DNA of 64,000 nucleotides, taken from contig NIVC01001970.1 in NCBI GenBank assembly GCA_002269645.1, positions 1-64,000 on the forward strand. The letters are read 5' to 3'. Positions within the stretch are counted from its first letter, which is position 1. Each line of letters opens with the position of its first letter. The notes under the pieces are model-generated. The model was not told the DNA's origin. It ran no database searches and saw nothing but the letters and a program-made list of their open reading frames with translations. The position numbers were made by a program, and so were the translations under genes. Origin of the DNA: Macrostomum lignano (Eukaryota). Positions 1-13,300 of the stretch are shown here, one piece after another.

Positions 1-3
1 AGC

Positions 4-414
4 CAGGGGTCGCGGCAAACTCAGGCGCAGGCCACATGCGCCCGCAAAGTCTCTTCATCCGGCCCTCGCGCGTCCTTTGAAACTGCACATAGTAACTCGG
101 CCCGCTCAATGTTTGTCTCTTCTCAGTGCTCTTCTCTCTTCTCTCCACTCTTCTTCTCTCCCCTCTTTTCTCTCCTCTCTTTATTCCTCTACTCGATCCC
201 TCTCTCTTCTCTTTTCTACTCTCCTAGCCTAATTCATCTCTCCTCTCCTCTCATCTTTGCTCCTTTATTCCCTCGCCTCTCCCTTCTCCCATCTCCCTTC
301 CTTCTTTTTTATGATCCCTCTCTCATCTCCTCCTTCAATTCCTCCGGACGCAGTCATGCTCTAGGTTCTTTATCTGCTCTGGCCCTTGGGGTAAAAAAGT
401 TTGCTGACCCCCTG
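4..414. mobile_element. hAT (Charlie-like) non-autonomous MITE
   Basis: Imperfect TIRs CAGGGGTCGCGGCAAACT (4-21) and AGTTTGCTGACCCCCTG (398-414). The right flank ACGTAAGC ends in AGC, matching the 3 visible left-flank bases (1-3), consistent with an 8-bp TSD cut by the window edge. Confidence 0.65.
110..345. repeat. CT-rich low-complexity tract inside the MITE
   Basis: Near-pure C/T sequence of degenerate CTCTT-type motifs. Confidence 0.8.
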
Positions 415-2199
415 ACGTAAGCGAAATGGCAAGTGTGAAAAAACAGCGCCTGTTGCGTTGCCGCTGGAACCTCTGGTAAACAATGTGCAAGAAAATCCTG
501 TTTATATACGACCTTCGGCACCCTGATTGACATCGAAATACCAGGAAAAAGGACGATCGGAAAAGTGTAGGTGCTTGGTTTTTTGTTAGCTCGCCCAGTT
601 TATCAATAAGAGCGCTGGCCTTTGTACTCTGATACAGACTGTACACTGGTATTGAATTCAAAGCCACAAAGTAGTTTTCTCAAACTTGCTGAAAGATGCA
701 CGAATCTGGGCTCAGCTGGAGATATGTGCGCACAGTATTACTCGCGAAAAAAATTGGAAAACTTGCGTTCACCCTCCTCTTAACCCCAGCCACTCATTCT
801 CTCAGTATATGTCAGTTGATTGCAGTGTGAACGCTTGCGATCACTCGTGAAAGTCAGTTGATGGCACGATCAGAAGCTACTCAAGGTGCTCAATGAAGCC
901 CGTCAGTCGAATTTAAAACTTAATCGCAAGAAACTGAAAGTTGGTGTTTCTTCAGTATGTCAGCCACACGTGATTTCATCCGACGGTGTGTTCGTCCAGA
1001 TCCTGGGGCCTTTTCATATTACCAATTCCAGAACCAGAATCGGTTCGGAATTCCAAGAAAAACAGCAGTATAACTATTAAACTCTGTTAATATTCGACTG
1101 CCTTAACAACCTAACTTAGCACAATTCACTTTCTTCGGCGATTCAATAATAATAAGTACATCTAGTTATGGAGACAAAAGTTATACTTCACAAATTGGTT
1201 CTGGTTCTGGAACCAGAGCAAGCAATATGAAAAGGCCCCTGCTTGCGACGCCATGTAGGTAATGAACCGACGAGAGAAAGCCTGTATTTATTAAAAGTAT
1301 CATAAAGCATACGTATACATCAGTCAATGTGCGCCTTTTACTCTTCTTTTGTAACATGAATTAACTGTTTACTTTCGTAATTTCTTTCCTTAACCTATTT
1401 CAATCGTGTAAGTGGTAATTTTTTGCATCTTTAGTGCTAATGCTAATTGTATATAACATGTTCATACATGCGCGGCAATATATATGATTTATGTCTTAAT
1501 TACCTTTACTCATAAATGCATATGTTTTTCTTCAAATTGTAACTTGTCTTCCTTGCTTATCAATCAGTCCTTTCAGAGCGTTCCTAAACAATTATTCTTT
1601 TACAAGTTTGATAACGCTTACATTTGGCTTTACAAAGTTTAAAATGAAATTTTCTGCCCTAATCAATTGCTCTGTGAAAATATTGAATTTAACGTAGTGT
1701 GTTTCTCACTGCATCCAATAGCAGTATGCAATATGCATGCGCATATATTAAAATGCAATATCACTCTATCTGCTATTAATTTGCTGACATTTTTTATACT
1801 GGTATATTTTCGTAAGCATAATAAAATACTGATAAAATATAAAATCTGATAATCTATAAAATTAAATAATTCTATTAAATTGTGTTATGAAATAGTCTTC
1901 ACTATTTTTTTATCACGGTGAACCTATAATGTAAACTACCAGCCTAATTATAAAGGATTCGATTAATTTCATGCGCATAGTATGCTACTATAAGTAGGCT
2001 GTAAAAAAACGGCGTTTTTTCTCCGGTGATTCGCTGCAGTTTCCCGGGACATTTCGCTGCGCGATTCGCCGGAGTTTTTGACACTGGGAAGCGAAGGGGT
2101 GAGAGGGGCTGAGTAATCGATAGCAATAGCAACGTACATGATTGGGGGACGGGTGGCTGGGGTGCAGCAGTATCATCTAATCTATGAATGATATTATTT

Positions 2200-2660
2200 A
2201 TAATAATGATAATATTAATAATAACAATAATAACAATTTGTGACTCGAAATGAGCTAAGCATCAAAGTAGTTAAAAAATTACCCATAGGATGTAAAAAGC
2301 AAGAAACAAAACTCAGCAGCGGGCCTCCCGTAGACGTGAGTGTGGCGTGGGCGTGGGAGGCGAAAATGGTGCGGGGCGTTTCTAGCCTGGGAACAACTGC
2401 CCGAGTCGGCGGAAGATGCGCACCCGGATCCCCGCTCCCCAGAATTAGCGCGGATGCAGGCCGCAAGGGCGACAACTACATGTATAGCTTCAGGGCATGG
2501 GGGCCGAAGGCAACTGCAGCATTTTCACACCGACCGGGTGGAAGTCATCGTGGTCGCCCAGGTCGGTGTACTTGGCTGATTTGCGGGCCTCGGCCGAAGT
2601 GGCAGCTGCGCGGGGGCGATAGCAGAAGCGTGCAGGTGACTTGAGGCGCAGGTGTGGGTG
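2200..2660 (-). mobile_element. Decayed 3' end of a CRE-clade (restriction-like endonuclease) non-LTR retrotransposon
   Basis: GC-rich island. Minus-strand translation across frameshifts gives ...AAATSAEARKSAKYTDLGDHDDFHPVGV / AFGPHALKL / SGDPGAHL / FRRLG..., with remnants resembling the terminal GNA motif. This fits the CRE RLE C-terminal pattern (AAA..AE.RK..KY..L...F.PV.VE..G..GP.A......GDP....QRL...Q.GNA). A short 3' UTR and a (TTA/TTG)n-like tail follow at ~2200-2237. Confidence 0.65.
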
Positions 2661-3421
2661 ATAGTTACGTCGCGCGTTACTATTATAATAATAATTTAAG
2701 TGTAATAATAATAATTTATCATTGTTTACTATATAGTAATATCGAATTGCATCATTGTCGCCACGCGTCCGTGCATCATAGCTATCACACATGTAGATGT
2801 AGCAATATAGAACACGTGTATACGCGTATATACAAGCTATCTTACTGGTACAAGTACGCACGTAGGGTAACGTAAAACCACACCATTTTACAATGTTAAA
2901 GACTTAAGCAAATGTAAAGTAAGTTTCAACGAATGATAGAGCATCGTATATGATTATCTAATGATACCAATTTACTATTTATTTTATGAATGATAGAAAA
3001 ACTACTTAAAATAACGTACATGTACTTGTATGATCTCTATTCTGAAGCACATAGTGTTGTGCAGCAATGTCTCTAGCAAAGAGCAATATCTTCAGCCAAA
3101 GATAGCGTTTTATAGCAAAAAATCCGAGGCCAGCTCAGCACTGTTTTTAAACTAACTTTAAATAAAATATTAGGAAGTAAATTAAAAAACTAAAAACCGG
3201 ATACCATACATAATAATTCTACTGTAATAACAGTAATGTAATAACTACCACGAGCAAAATTGAAAAAATCGAATGATGCACTACTGCATGCGTCGCAGTA
3301 AAACGTAACATATTATTGTTCAAATAAACAAAAGATAAATCTAATGTTAGTCACTATACTGTAATCAGTTTCACTTTCACATTGAATTGTGTTATTTAGT
3401 AAAAATAATGTTAAGCAACAA

Positions 3422-3743
3422 CAAGGGCGGATTTAGGGGGGCGGGGGGGAAAATTTCAGTCATGGGTTTATGGCGCCCCCACTGACGCCAATGCACACCG
3501 ACCTTACGGAAAGGATTCATCCAGGTGCATAAAGACTGACATCTGCTGCGCGACCCCCACCCTGCTACTGGCCCACCCCATATGAAGATTTTTAGTGCCC
3601 TCCAAACTAAGACAGCAAAGGGTAATAAAACTAAACCTAGCTCCACTGGCGCAACATTGGCCCCTGGCGCCCCCATTTGTGATTGTCATTGGCGCCCCTG
3701 ACAGTCCGCCACTTCCCAAACAGAATTCCTGGATCCGCCACTG
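3422..3743. mobile_element. hAT-family MITE (322 bp)
   Basis: GC-rich insert in AT-rich DNA. Ends are CAAGGGCGGATTT and, reverse-complemented, CAGTGGCGGATCC. Flanks AGCAACAA (3414-3421) and ATCAACAA (3744-3751) match 7/8, an 8-bp TSD. Internal GGCGCCCC repeats. Confidence 0.7.
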
Positions 3744-3979
3744 ATCAACAAAATTATTTTTAAATACCTGCATAATCCATGTATGTTTGATTTCAATGTT
3801 TAAAAGATATTCATGACCACAAGAAAATAGGGTACTCGTTGAAACGAAAAAAGCAACTTTATATTGTACGGGTAATTTGGACGGATATTAAAACAATAGA
3901 CAGGCCACAACTCACTGGCTTGCACCACGTATGCAATAAAAAGTATATATAAGTTAGACTACCTTAATGGTACTGTGAT

Positions 3980-3985
3980 TTTATT
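3980..3985 (-). promoter_or_regulatory. Candidate polyadenylation signal (AATAAA) of the left giant gene
   Basis: AATAAA on the minus strand ~330 nt downstream of the TAA at 4312-4314. AT-rich context makes chance hits common. Confidence 0.3.
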
Positions 3986-4311
3986 CCATTAAGCATTAAC
4001 CTGCTCACTTCATGCTACCTTAATTTGTAAGATTTTAAAAAGCTACATAAAATTTAAAGCTAACAGCTAATAACTCGAATTTCGCTGCACCAAGTTTAGT
4101 TAAATTCAACTAAAAAGAACCCCAATTGCAATTTATAGCAAAAGCAGGGGCCCATCTATTTCTTAGCTATCTAAAACACAAAACCAATAAATATTTAAAC
4201 GTTTCTGAAGCTAAAAAAGCACAAAACGTTGAAGAGATTGAAACTGGAAAAAGTTTCTTGCTACTTAAAATAATCATAAAATTGTATCAATTTTGTATGA
4301 AATTAAAAAAA

Positions 4312-7300
4312 TTAATCGAAAGGAGTCACGAAAATTTTCTCTTCAATAAGAAGACCAGTTCCACAGACTTCTTGAAAAACTTGAGCCGACGCATCGGCAA
4401 ATTTTGCGAAAGTCGAAATAAACCCAGTCGATGTCGAAACCTCAAAACAAACGGACGTAGAATCAATCGGCTGGTTGCACTGAACACCAACGCTTGAAGA
4501 AATAGGAGTAACCAAAAGTTCACTCTGAACAAAATGACGTTCAAGAAAGCTGACACACTCTCTAACTTCTAGCTCTTCTTTGTAGCGCATTGTCGAGTCC
4601 GATGTCTGCAGCATCTCACAGAAGCCCATGCCGTCTATTTCTTGTTTCGCTCGAACGGAGCCGACCATGACCGAAGTCTCGAGGAAGGATGCGCACTCTC
4701 TTACTTCAAGCTCTTCCTTGTAGCGTACCGACCCGACTGATGTCTGCAGCATCTCACAGACCCATGTCCTCCACATCCTGTTTCGCTCGAACGGAGCCGA
4801 CCATGAAGGATGTCTCAAGGAACGAAGCGCATTCTCTCACTTCTAGCTCTTCTTTGTAGCGCATTGTCGAGTCGATGTCTGCAGCATCTCACAGACGCCC
4901 ATGTCCTCCACATCTGTTTCGCTCGAACGGAGCCGACCATGACCGAAGTCTCGAGGAAGGATGCGCACTCTCTTACTTCAAGCTCTTCTTTGTAGCGTAC
5001 CGACCCGACTGATGTCTGCAGCATCTCACAGACGCCCATGTCCTCCACATCCTGTTTCGCTCGAACGGAGCCGACCATGAAGGATGTCTCAAGGAACGAA
5101 GCGCATTCTCTCACTTCTAGCTCTTCTTTGTAGCGCATTGTCGAGTCCGATGTCTGCAGCATCTCACAGACGCCCATGTCCTACATCTGTTTCGCTCGAA
5201 CGGAGCCGACCATGACCGAAGTCTCGAGGAAGGATGCGCACTCTCTTACTTCAAGCTCTTCTTGTAGCGTACCGACCCGACTGATGTCTGCAGCATCTCA
5301 CAGACGCCCATGTCCTCCACATCCTGTTTCGCTCGAACGGAGCCGACCATGACGAAGTCTCGAGGAAGGATGCGCACTCTCTTACTTCAAGCTCTTCCTT
5401 GTAGCGTACCGACCCGACTGATGTCTGCAGCATCTCACAGACGCCCATGTCCTCCACATCCTGTTTCGCTCGAACGGAGCCGACCATGAAGGATGTCTCA
5501 AGGAACGAAGCGCATTCTCTCACTTCTAGCTCTTCTTGTAGCGCATTGTCGAGTCCGATGTCTGCAGCATCTCACAGACGCCCATGTCCTCCACATCCTG
5601 TTTCGCTCGAACGGAGCCGACCATGAGGAAGTCTCGAGGAAGGAGCGCACTCTCTTACTTCAAGCTCTTCTTTGTAGCGCGTCGACCCGACTGATGTCTG
5701 CAGCATCTCACAGACGCCCATGTCCTCCACATCCTGTTTCGCTCGAACGGAGCCGACCATGAAGGATGTCTCAAGGAACGAGCGCATTCTCTCACTTCAA
5801 GCTCTTCTTTGTAGCGCATTGTCGAGTCCGATGTCTGCAGCATCTCACAGACGCCCATGTCCTCCACATCCTGTTTCGCTCGAACGGAGCCGACCATGAC
5901 CGAAGTCTCGAGGAAGGATGCGCACTCTCTTACTTCAAGCTCTTCCTTGTAGCGTACCGACCCGACTGATGTCTGCAGCATCTCACAGACGCCCATGTCC
6001 TCCACATCCTGTTTCGCTCGAACGGAGCCGACCATGAAGGAGTCTCAAGGAAGGATGCGCACTCTCACTTCAAGCTCTTCCTTGTAGCGTCGACCGTGAT
6101 GTCTGCAGCATCTCACAGACGCCCATGTCCTCCACATCCTGTTTCGCTCGAACGGAGCCGACCATGACCGAAGTCTCGAGGAAGGATGCGCATTCTCTCT
6201 TACTTCAAGCTCTTCCTTGTAGCGTCGACCCGACTGATGTCTGCAGCATCTCACAGACGCCCATGTCCTCCACATCCTGTTTCGCTCGAACGGAGCCGAC
6301 CATGAAGGAGTCTCAAGGAACGATGCGCACTCTCTCACTTCTAGCTCTTCTTTGTAGCGCGTCGAGTCCGATGTCTGCAGCATCTCACAGACGCCCATGT
6401 CCTCCACATCCTGTTTCGCTCGAACGGAGCCGACCATGAAGAAGTCTCAAGGAAGGATGCGCACTCTCTTACTTCAAGCTCTTCCTTGTAGCGTCGACCG
6501 ACTGATGTCTGCAGCATCTCACAGACGCCCATGTCCTCCACATCCTGTTTCGCTCGAACGGAGCCGACCATGAAGGATGTCTCGAGGAACGAAGCGCACT
6601 CTCTCACTTCAAGCTCTTCTTGTAGCGCGTCGAGTGATGTCTGCAGCATCTCACAGACGCCCATGTCCTCACATCTGTTTCGCTCGAACGGAGCCGACCA
6701 TGACCGAAGTCTCGAGGAAGGATGCGCACTCTCTTACTTCAAGCTCTTCCTTGTAGCGTACCGACCCGACTGATGTCTGCAGCATCTCACAGACGCCCAT
6801 GTCCTCCACATCCTGTTTCGCTCGAACGGAGCCGACCATGACCGAAGTCTCGAGGAAGGATGCGCACTCTCTTACTTCAAGCTCTTCTTGTAGCGTACCG
6901 ACCCGACTGATGTCTGCAGCATCTCACAGACGCCCATGTCCTCCACATCCTGTTTCGCTCGAACGGAGCCGACCATGAAGGATGTCTCAAGGAACGAAGC
7001 GCATTCTCTCACTTCTAGCTCTTCTTGTAGCGCATTGTCGAGTCCGATGTCTGCAGCATCTCACAGACGCCCATGTCCTCCACATCCTGTTTCGCTCGAA
7101 CGGAGCCGACCATGAAGGAGTCTCAAGGAACGAAGCGCATTCTCTCACTTCTAGCTCTTCTTTGTAGCGCATTGTCGAGTCCGATGTCTGCAGCATCTCA
7201 CAGACGCCCATGTCCTCCACATCCTGTTTCGCTCGAACGGAGCCGACCATGACCGAAGTCTCGAGGAAGGATGCGCACTCTCTTACTTCAAGCTCTTCCT

Positions 7301-10300
7301 TGTAGCGTACCGACCGACTGATGTCTGCAGCATCTCACAGACGCCCATGTCCTCCACATCCTGTTTCGCTCGAACGGAGCCGACCATGACCGAAGTCTCG
7401 AGGAAGGATGCGCACTCTCTTACTTCAAGCTCTTCCTTGTAGCGTACCGACCCGACTGATGTCTGCAGCATCTCACAGACGCCCATGTCCTCCACATCCT
7501 GTTTCGCTCGAACGGAGCCGACCATGAAGGATGTCTCGAGGAACGAGCGCATTCTCTCACTTCAAGCTCTTCTTGTAGCGTCGAGTCCGATGTCTGCAGC
7601 ATCTCACAGACGCCCATGTCCTCCACATCCTGTTTCGCTCGAACGGAGCCGACCATGACCGAAGTCTCGAGGAAGGATGCGCACTCTCTTACTTCAAGCT
7701 CTTCCTTGTAGCGTACCGACCCGACTGATGTCTGCAGCATCTCACAGACGCCCATGTCCTCCACATCCTGTTTCGCTCGAACGGAGCCGACCATGAAGGA
7801 TGTCTCAAGGAACGAAGCGCATTCTCTCACTTCTAGCTCTTCTTTGTAGCGCATTGTCGAGTCCGATGTCTGCAGCATCTCACAGACGCCCATGTCCTCC
7901 ACATCCTGTTTCGCTCGAACGGAGCCGACCATGACCGAAGTCTCGAGGAAGGATGCGCACTCTCTTACTTCAAGCTCTTCCTTGTAGCGTACCGACCCGA
8001 CTGATGTCTGCAGCATCTCACAGACGCCCATGTCCTCCACATCCTGTTTCGCTCGAACGGAGCCGACCATGAAGGATGTCTCAAGGAACGAAGCGCATTC
8101 TCTCACTTCAAGCTCTTCTTGTAGCGCATTGTCGAGTCCGATGTCTGCAGCATCTCACAGACGCCCATGTCCTCCACATCCTGTTTCGCTCGAACGGAGC
8201 CGACCATGACCGAAGTCTCGAGGAAGGATGCGCACTCTCTTACTTCAAGCTCTTCCTTGTAGCGTACCGACCCGACTGATGTCTGCAGCATCTCACAGAC
8301 GCCCATGTCCTCCACATCCTGTTTCGCTCGAACGGAGCCGACCATGAAGGATGTCTCAAGGAACGAAGCGCATTCTCTCACTTCTAGCTCTTCTTGTAGC
8401 GCATTGTCGAGTCCGATGTCTGCAGCATCTCACAGACGCCCATGTCCTCCACATCCTGTTTCGCTCGAACGGAGCCGACCATGAGGAAGTCTCGAGGAAG
8501 GATGCGCACTCTCTTACTTCAAGCTCTTCCTTGTAGCGTACCGACCCGACTGATGTCTGCAGCATCTCACAGACGCCCATGTCCTCCACATCCTGTTTCG
8601 CTCGAACGGAGCCGACCATGACCGAAGTCTCGAGGAAGGATGCGCACTCTCTTACTTCAAGCTCTTCTTGTAGCGTACCGACCCGACTGATGTCTGCAGC
8701 ATCTCACAGACGCCCATGTCCTCCACATCCTGTTTCGCTCGAACGGAGCCGACCATGAGGATGTCTCAAGGAACGAAGCGCATTCTCTCACTTCTAGCTC
8801 TTCTTGTAGCGCATTGTCGAGTCCGATGTCTGCAGCATCTCACAGACGCCCATGTCCTCCACATCCTGTTTCGCTCGAACGGAGCCGACCATGGAAGTCT
8901 CGAGGAAGGATGCGCACTCTCTTACTTCAAGCTCTTCCTTGTAGCGTACCGACCGACTGATGTCTGCAGCATCTCACAGACGCCCATGTCCTCCACATCC
9001 TGTTTCGCTCGAACGGAGCCGACCATGAAGGATGTCTCAAGGAACGAGCGCATTCTCTCACTTCTAGCTCTTCTTTGTAGCGCATTGTCGAGTCGATGTC
9101 TGCAGCATCTCACAGACGCCCATGTCCTCCACATCCTGTTTCGCTCGAACGGAGCCGACCATGACCGAAGTCTCGAGGAAGGATGCGCACTCTCTTACTT
9201 CAAGCTCTTCCTTGTAGCGTACCGACCCGACTGATGTCTGCAGCATCTCACAGACGCCCATGTCCTCCACATCCTGTTTCGCTCGAACGGAGCCGACCAT
9301 GAAGGATGTCTCAAGGAACGAAGCGCATTCTCTCACTTCTAGCTCTTCTTGTAGCGCATTGTCGAGTCCGATGTCTGCAGCATCTCACAGACGCCCATGT
9401 CCTCACATCCTGTTTCGCTCGAACGGAGCCGACCATGACCGAAGTCTCGAGGAAGGATGCGCACTCTCTTACTTCAAGCTCTTCCTTGTAGCGTACCGAC
9501 CCGACTGATGTCTGCAGCATCTCACAGACGCCCATGTCCTCCACATCCTGTTTCGCTCGAACGGAGCCGACCATGACCGAAGTCTCGAGGAAGGATGCGC
9601 ACTCTCTTACTTCAAGCTCTTCCTTGTAGCGTACCGACCCGACTGATGTCTGCAGCATCTCACAGACGCCCATGTCCTCCACATCCTGTTTCGCTCGAAC
9701 GGAGCCGACCATGAAGGATGTCTCAAGGAACGAAGCGCATTCTCTCACTTCTAGCTCTTCTTTGTAGCGCATTGTCGAGTCCGATGTCTGCAGCATCTCA
9801 CAGACGCCCATGTCCTCCACATCCTGTTTCGCTCGAACGGAGCCGACCATGACCGAAGTCTCGAGGAAGGATGCGCACTCTCTTACTTCAAGCTCTTCCT
9901 TGTAGCGTACCGACCCGACTGATGTCTGCAGCATCTCACAGACGCCCATGTCCTCCACATCCTGTTTCGCTCGAACGGAGCCGACCATGAAGGATGTCTC
10001 AAGGAACGAAGCGCATTCTCTCACTTCTAGCTCTTCTTTGTAGCGCATTGTCGAGTCCGATGTCTGCAGCATCTCACAGACGCCCATGTCCTCCACATCC
10101 TGTTTCGCTCGAACGGAGCCGACCATGACCGAAGTCTCGAGGAAGGATGCGCACTCTCTTACTTCAAGCTCTTCCTTGTAGCGTACCGACCGACTGATGT
10201 CTGCAGCATCTCACAGACGCCCATGTCCTCCACATCCTGTTTCGCTCGAACGGAGCCGACCATGAAGGATGTCTCAAGGAACGAAGCGCATTCTCTCACT

Positions 10301-13300
10301 TCCAGCTCTTCTTTGTAGCGCATTGTCGAGTCCGATGTCTGCAGCATCTCACAGACGCCCATGTCCTCCACATCCTGTTTCGCTCGAACGGAGCCGACCA
10401 TGACCGAAGTCTCGAGGAAGGATGCGCACTCTCTTACTTCAAGCTCTTCCTTGTAGCGTACCGACCCGACTGATGTCTGCAGCATCTCACAGACGCCCAT
10501 GTCCTCCACATCCTGTTTCGCTCGAACGGAGCCGACCATGACCGAAGTCTCGAGGAAGGATGCGCACTCTCTTACTTCAAGCTCTTCCTTGTAGCGTACC
10601 GACCCGACTGATGTCTGCAGCATCTCACAGACGCCCATGTCCTCCACATCCTGTTTCGCTCGAACGGAGCCGACCATGAAGGATGTCTCAAGGAACGAAG
10701 CGCATTCTCTCACTTCTAGCTCTTCTTTGTAGCGCATTGTCGAGTCCGATGTCTGCAGCATCTCACAGACGCCCATGTCCTCCACATCCTGTTTCGCTCG
10801 AACGGAGCCGACCATGACCGAAGTCTCGAGGAAGGATGCGCACTCTCTTACTTCAAGCTCTTCCTTGTAGCGTACCGACCCGACTGATGTCTGCAGCATC
10901 TCACAGACGCCCATGTCCTCCACATCCTGTTTCGCTCGAACGGAGCCGACCATGAAGGATGTCTCAAGGAACGAAGCGCATTCTCTCACTTCTAGCTCTT
11001 CTTTGTAGCGCATTGTCGAGTCCGATGTCTGCAGCATCTCACAGACGCCCATGCCTCTACATCCTGTTTCGCTCGAACGGAGCCGACCATGACCGAAGTC
11101 TCGAGGAAGGATGCGCACTCTCTTACTTCAAGCTCTTCCTTGTAGCGTACCGACCCGACTGATGTCTGCAGCATCTCACAGACGCCCATGTCCTCCACAT
11201 CCTGTTTCGCTCGAACGGAGCCGACCATGAAGGATGTCTCAAGGAACGAAGCGCATTCTCTACTTCTAGCTCTTCTTTGTAGCGCATTGTCGAGTCCGAT
11301 GTCTGCAGCATCTCACAGACGCCCATGCCTCACATCCTGTTTCGCTCGAACGGAGCCGACCATGACCGAAGTCTCGAGGAAGGATGCGCACTCTCTTACT
11401 TCAAGCTCTTCTTGTAGCGTACCGACCCGACTGATGTCTGCAGCATCTCACAGACGCCCATGTCCTCCACATCCTGTTTCGCTCGAACGGAGCCGACCAT
11501 GACCGAAGTCTCGAGGAAGGATGCGCACTCTCTTACTTCAAGCTCTTCCTTGTAGCGTACCGACCCGACTGATGTCTGCAGCATCTCACAGACGCCCATG
11601 TCCTCCACATCCTGTTTCGCTCGAACGGAGCCGACCATGAAGGATGTCTCAAGGAACGAAGCGCATTCTCTCACTTCTAGCTCTTCTTTGTAGCGCATTG
11701 TCGAGTCCGATGTCTGCAGCATCTCACAGACGCCCATGTCCTCCACATCCTGTTTCGCTCGAACGGAGCCGACCATGACCGAAGTCTCGAGGAAGGATGC
11801 GCACTCTCTTACTTCAAGCTCTTCCTTGTAGCGTACCGACCCGACTGATGTCTGCAGCATCTCACAGACGCCCATGTCCTCCACATCCTGTTTCGCTCGA
11901 ACGGAGCCGACCATGAAGGATGTCTCAAGGAACGAAGCGCATTCTCTCACTTCTAGCTCTTCTTTGTAGCGCATTGTCGAGTCCGATGTCTGCAGCATCT
12001 CACAGACGCCCATGTCCTCCACATCCTGTTTCGCTCGAACGGAGCCGACCATGACCGAAGTCTCGAGGAAGGATGCGCACTCTCTTACTTCAAGCTCTTC
12101 CTTGTAGCGTACCGACCCGACTGATGTCTGCAGCATCTCACAGACGCCCATGTCCTCCACATCCTGTTTCGCTCGAACGGAGCCGACCATGAAGGATGTC
12201 TCAAGGAACGAAGCGCATTCTCTCACTTCTAGCTCTTCTTTGTAGCGCATTGTCGAGTCCGATGTCTGCAGCATCTCACAGACGCCCATGTCCTCCACAT
12301 CCTGTTTCGCTCGAACGGAGCCGACCATGACCGAAGTCTCGAGGAAGGATGCGCACTCTCTTACTTCAAGCTCTTCCTTGTAGCGTACCGACCCGACTGA
12401 TGTCTGCAGCATCTCACAGACGCCCATGTCCTCCACATCCTGTTTCGCTCGAACGGAGCCGACCATGACCGAAGTCTCGAGGAAGGATGCGCACTCTCTT
12501 ACTTCAAGCTCTTCTTGTAGCGTACCGACCCGACTGATGTCTGCAGCATCTCACAGACGCCCATGTCCTCCACATCCTGTTTCGCTCGAACGGAGCCGAC
12601 CATGAAGGATGTCTCAAGGAACGAAGCGCATTCTCTCACTTCTAGCTCTTCTTTGTAGCGCATTGTCGAGTCCGATGTCTGCAGCATCTCACAGACGCCC
12701 ATGTCCTCCACATCCTGTTTCGCTCGAACGGAGCCGACCATGACCGAAGTCTCGAGGAAGATGCGCACTCTCTTACTTCAAGCTCTTCCTTGTAGCGTAC
12801 CGACCCGACTGATGTCTGCAGCATCTCACAGACGCCCATGTCCTCCACATCCTGTTTCGCTCGAACGGAGCCGACCATGAAGGATGTCTCAAGGAACGAA
12901 GCGCATTCTCTCACTTCTAGCTCTTCTTTGTAGCGCATTGTCGAGTCCGATGTCTGCAGCATCTCACAGACGCCCATGCCTCCACATCTGTTTCGCTCGA
13001 ACGGAGCCGACCATGACCGAAGTCTCGAGGAAGGATGCGCACTCTCTTACTTCAAGCTCTTCCTTGTAGCGTACCGACCCGACTGATGTCTGCAGCATCT
13101 CACAGACGCCCATGTCCTCCACATCCTGTTTCGCTCGAACGGAGCCGACCATGAAGGATGTCTCAAGGAACGAAGCGCATTCTCTCACTTCTAGCTCTTC
13201 TTTGTAGCGCATTGTCGAGTCCGATGTCTGCAGCATCTCACAGACGCCCATGCCTCTACATCTGTTTCGCTCGAACGGAGCCGACCATGACCGAAGTCTC

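Noticed and set aside
335-667. 110-aa - strand ORF as a further plakin exon or GPCR tail
   Set aside because: No recognisable motif, it runs into the MITE, and the giant exon already ends in a stop.
1026-1212. 14-bp inverted repeat TTCCAGAACCAGAA / TTCTGGTTCTGGAA
   Set aside because: Could be a small MITE, but there is no TSD and the motif is low-complexity.
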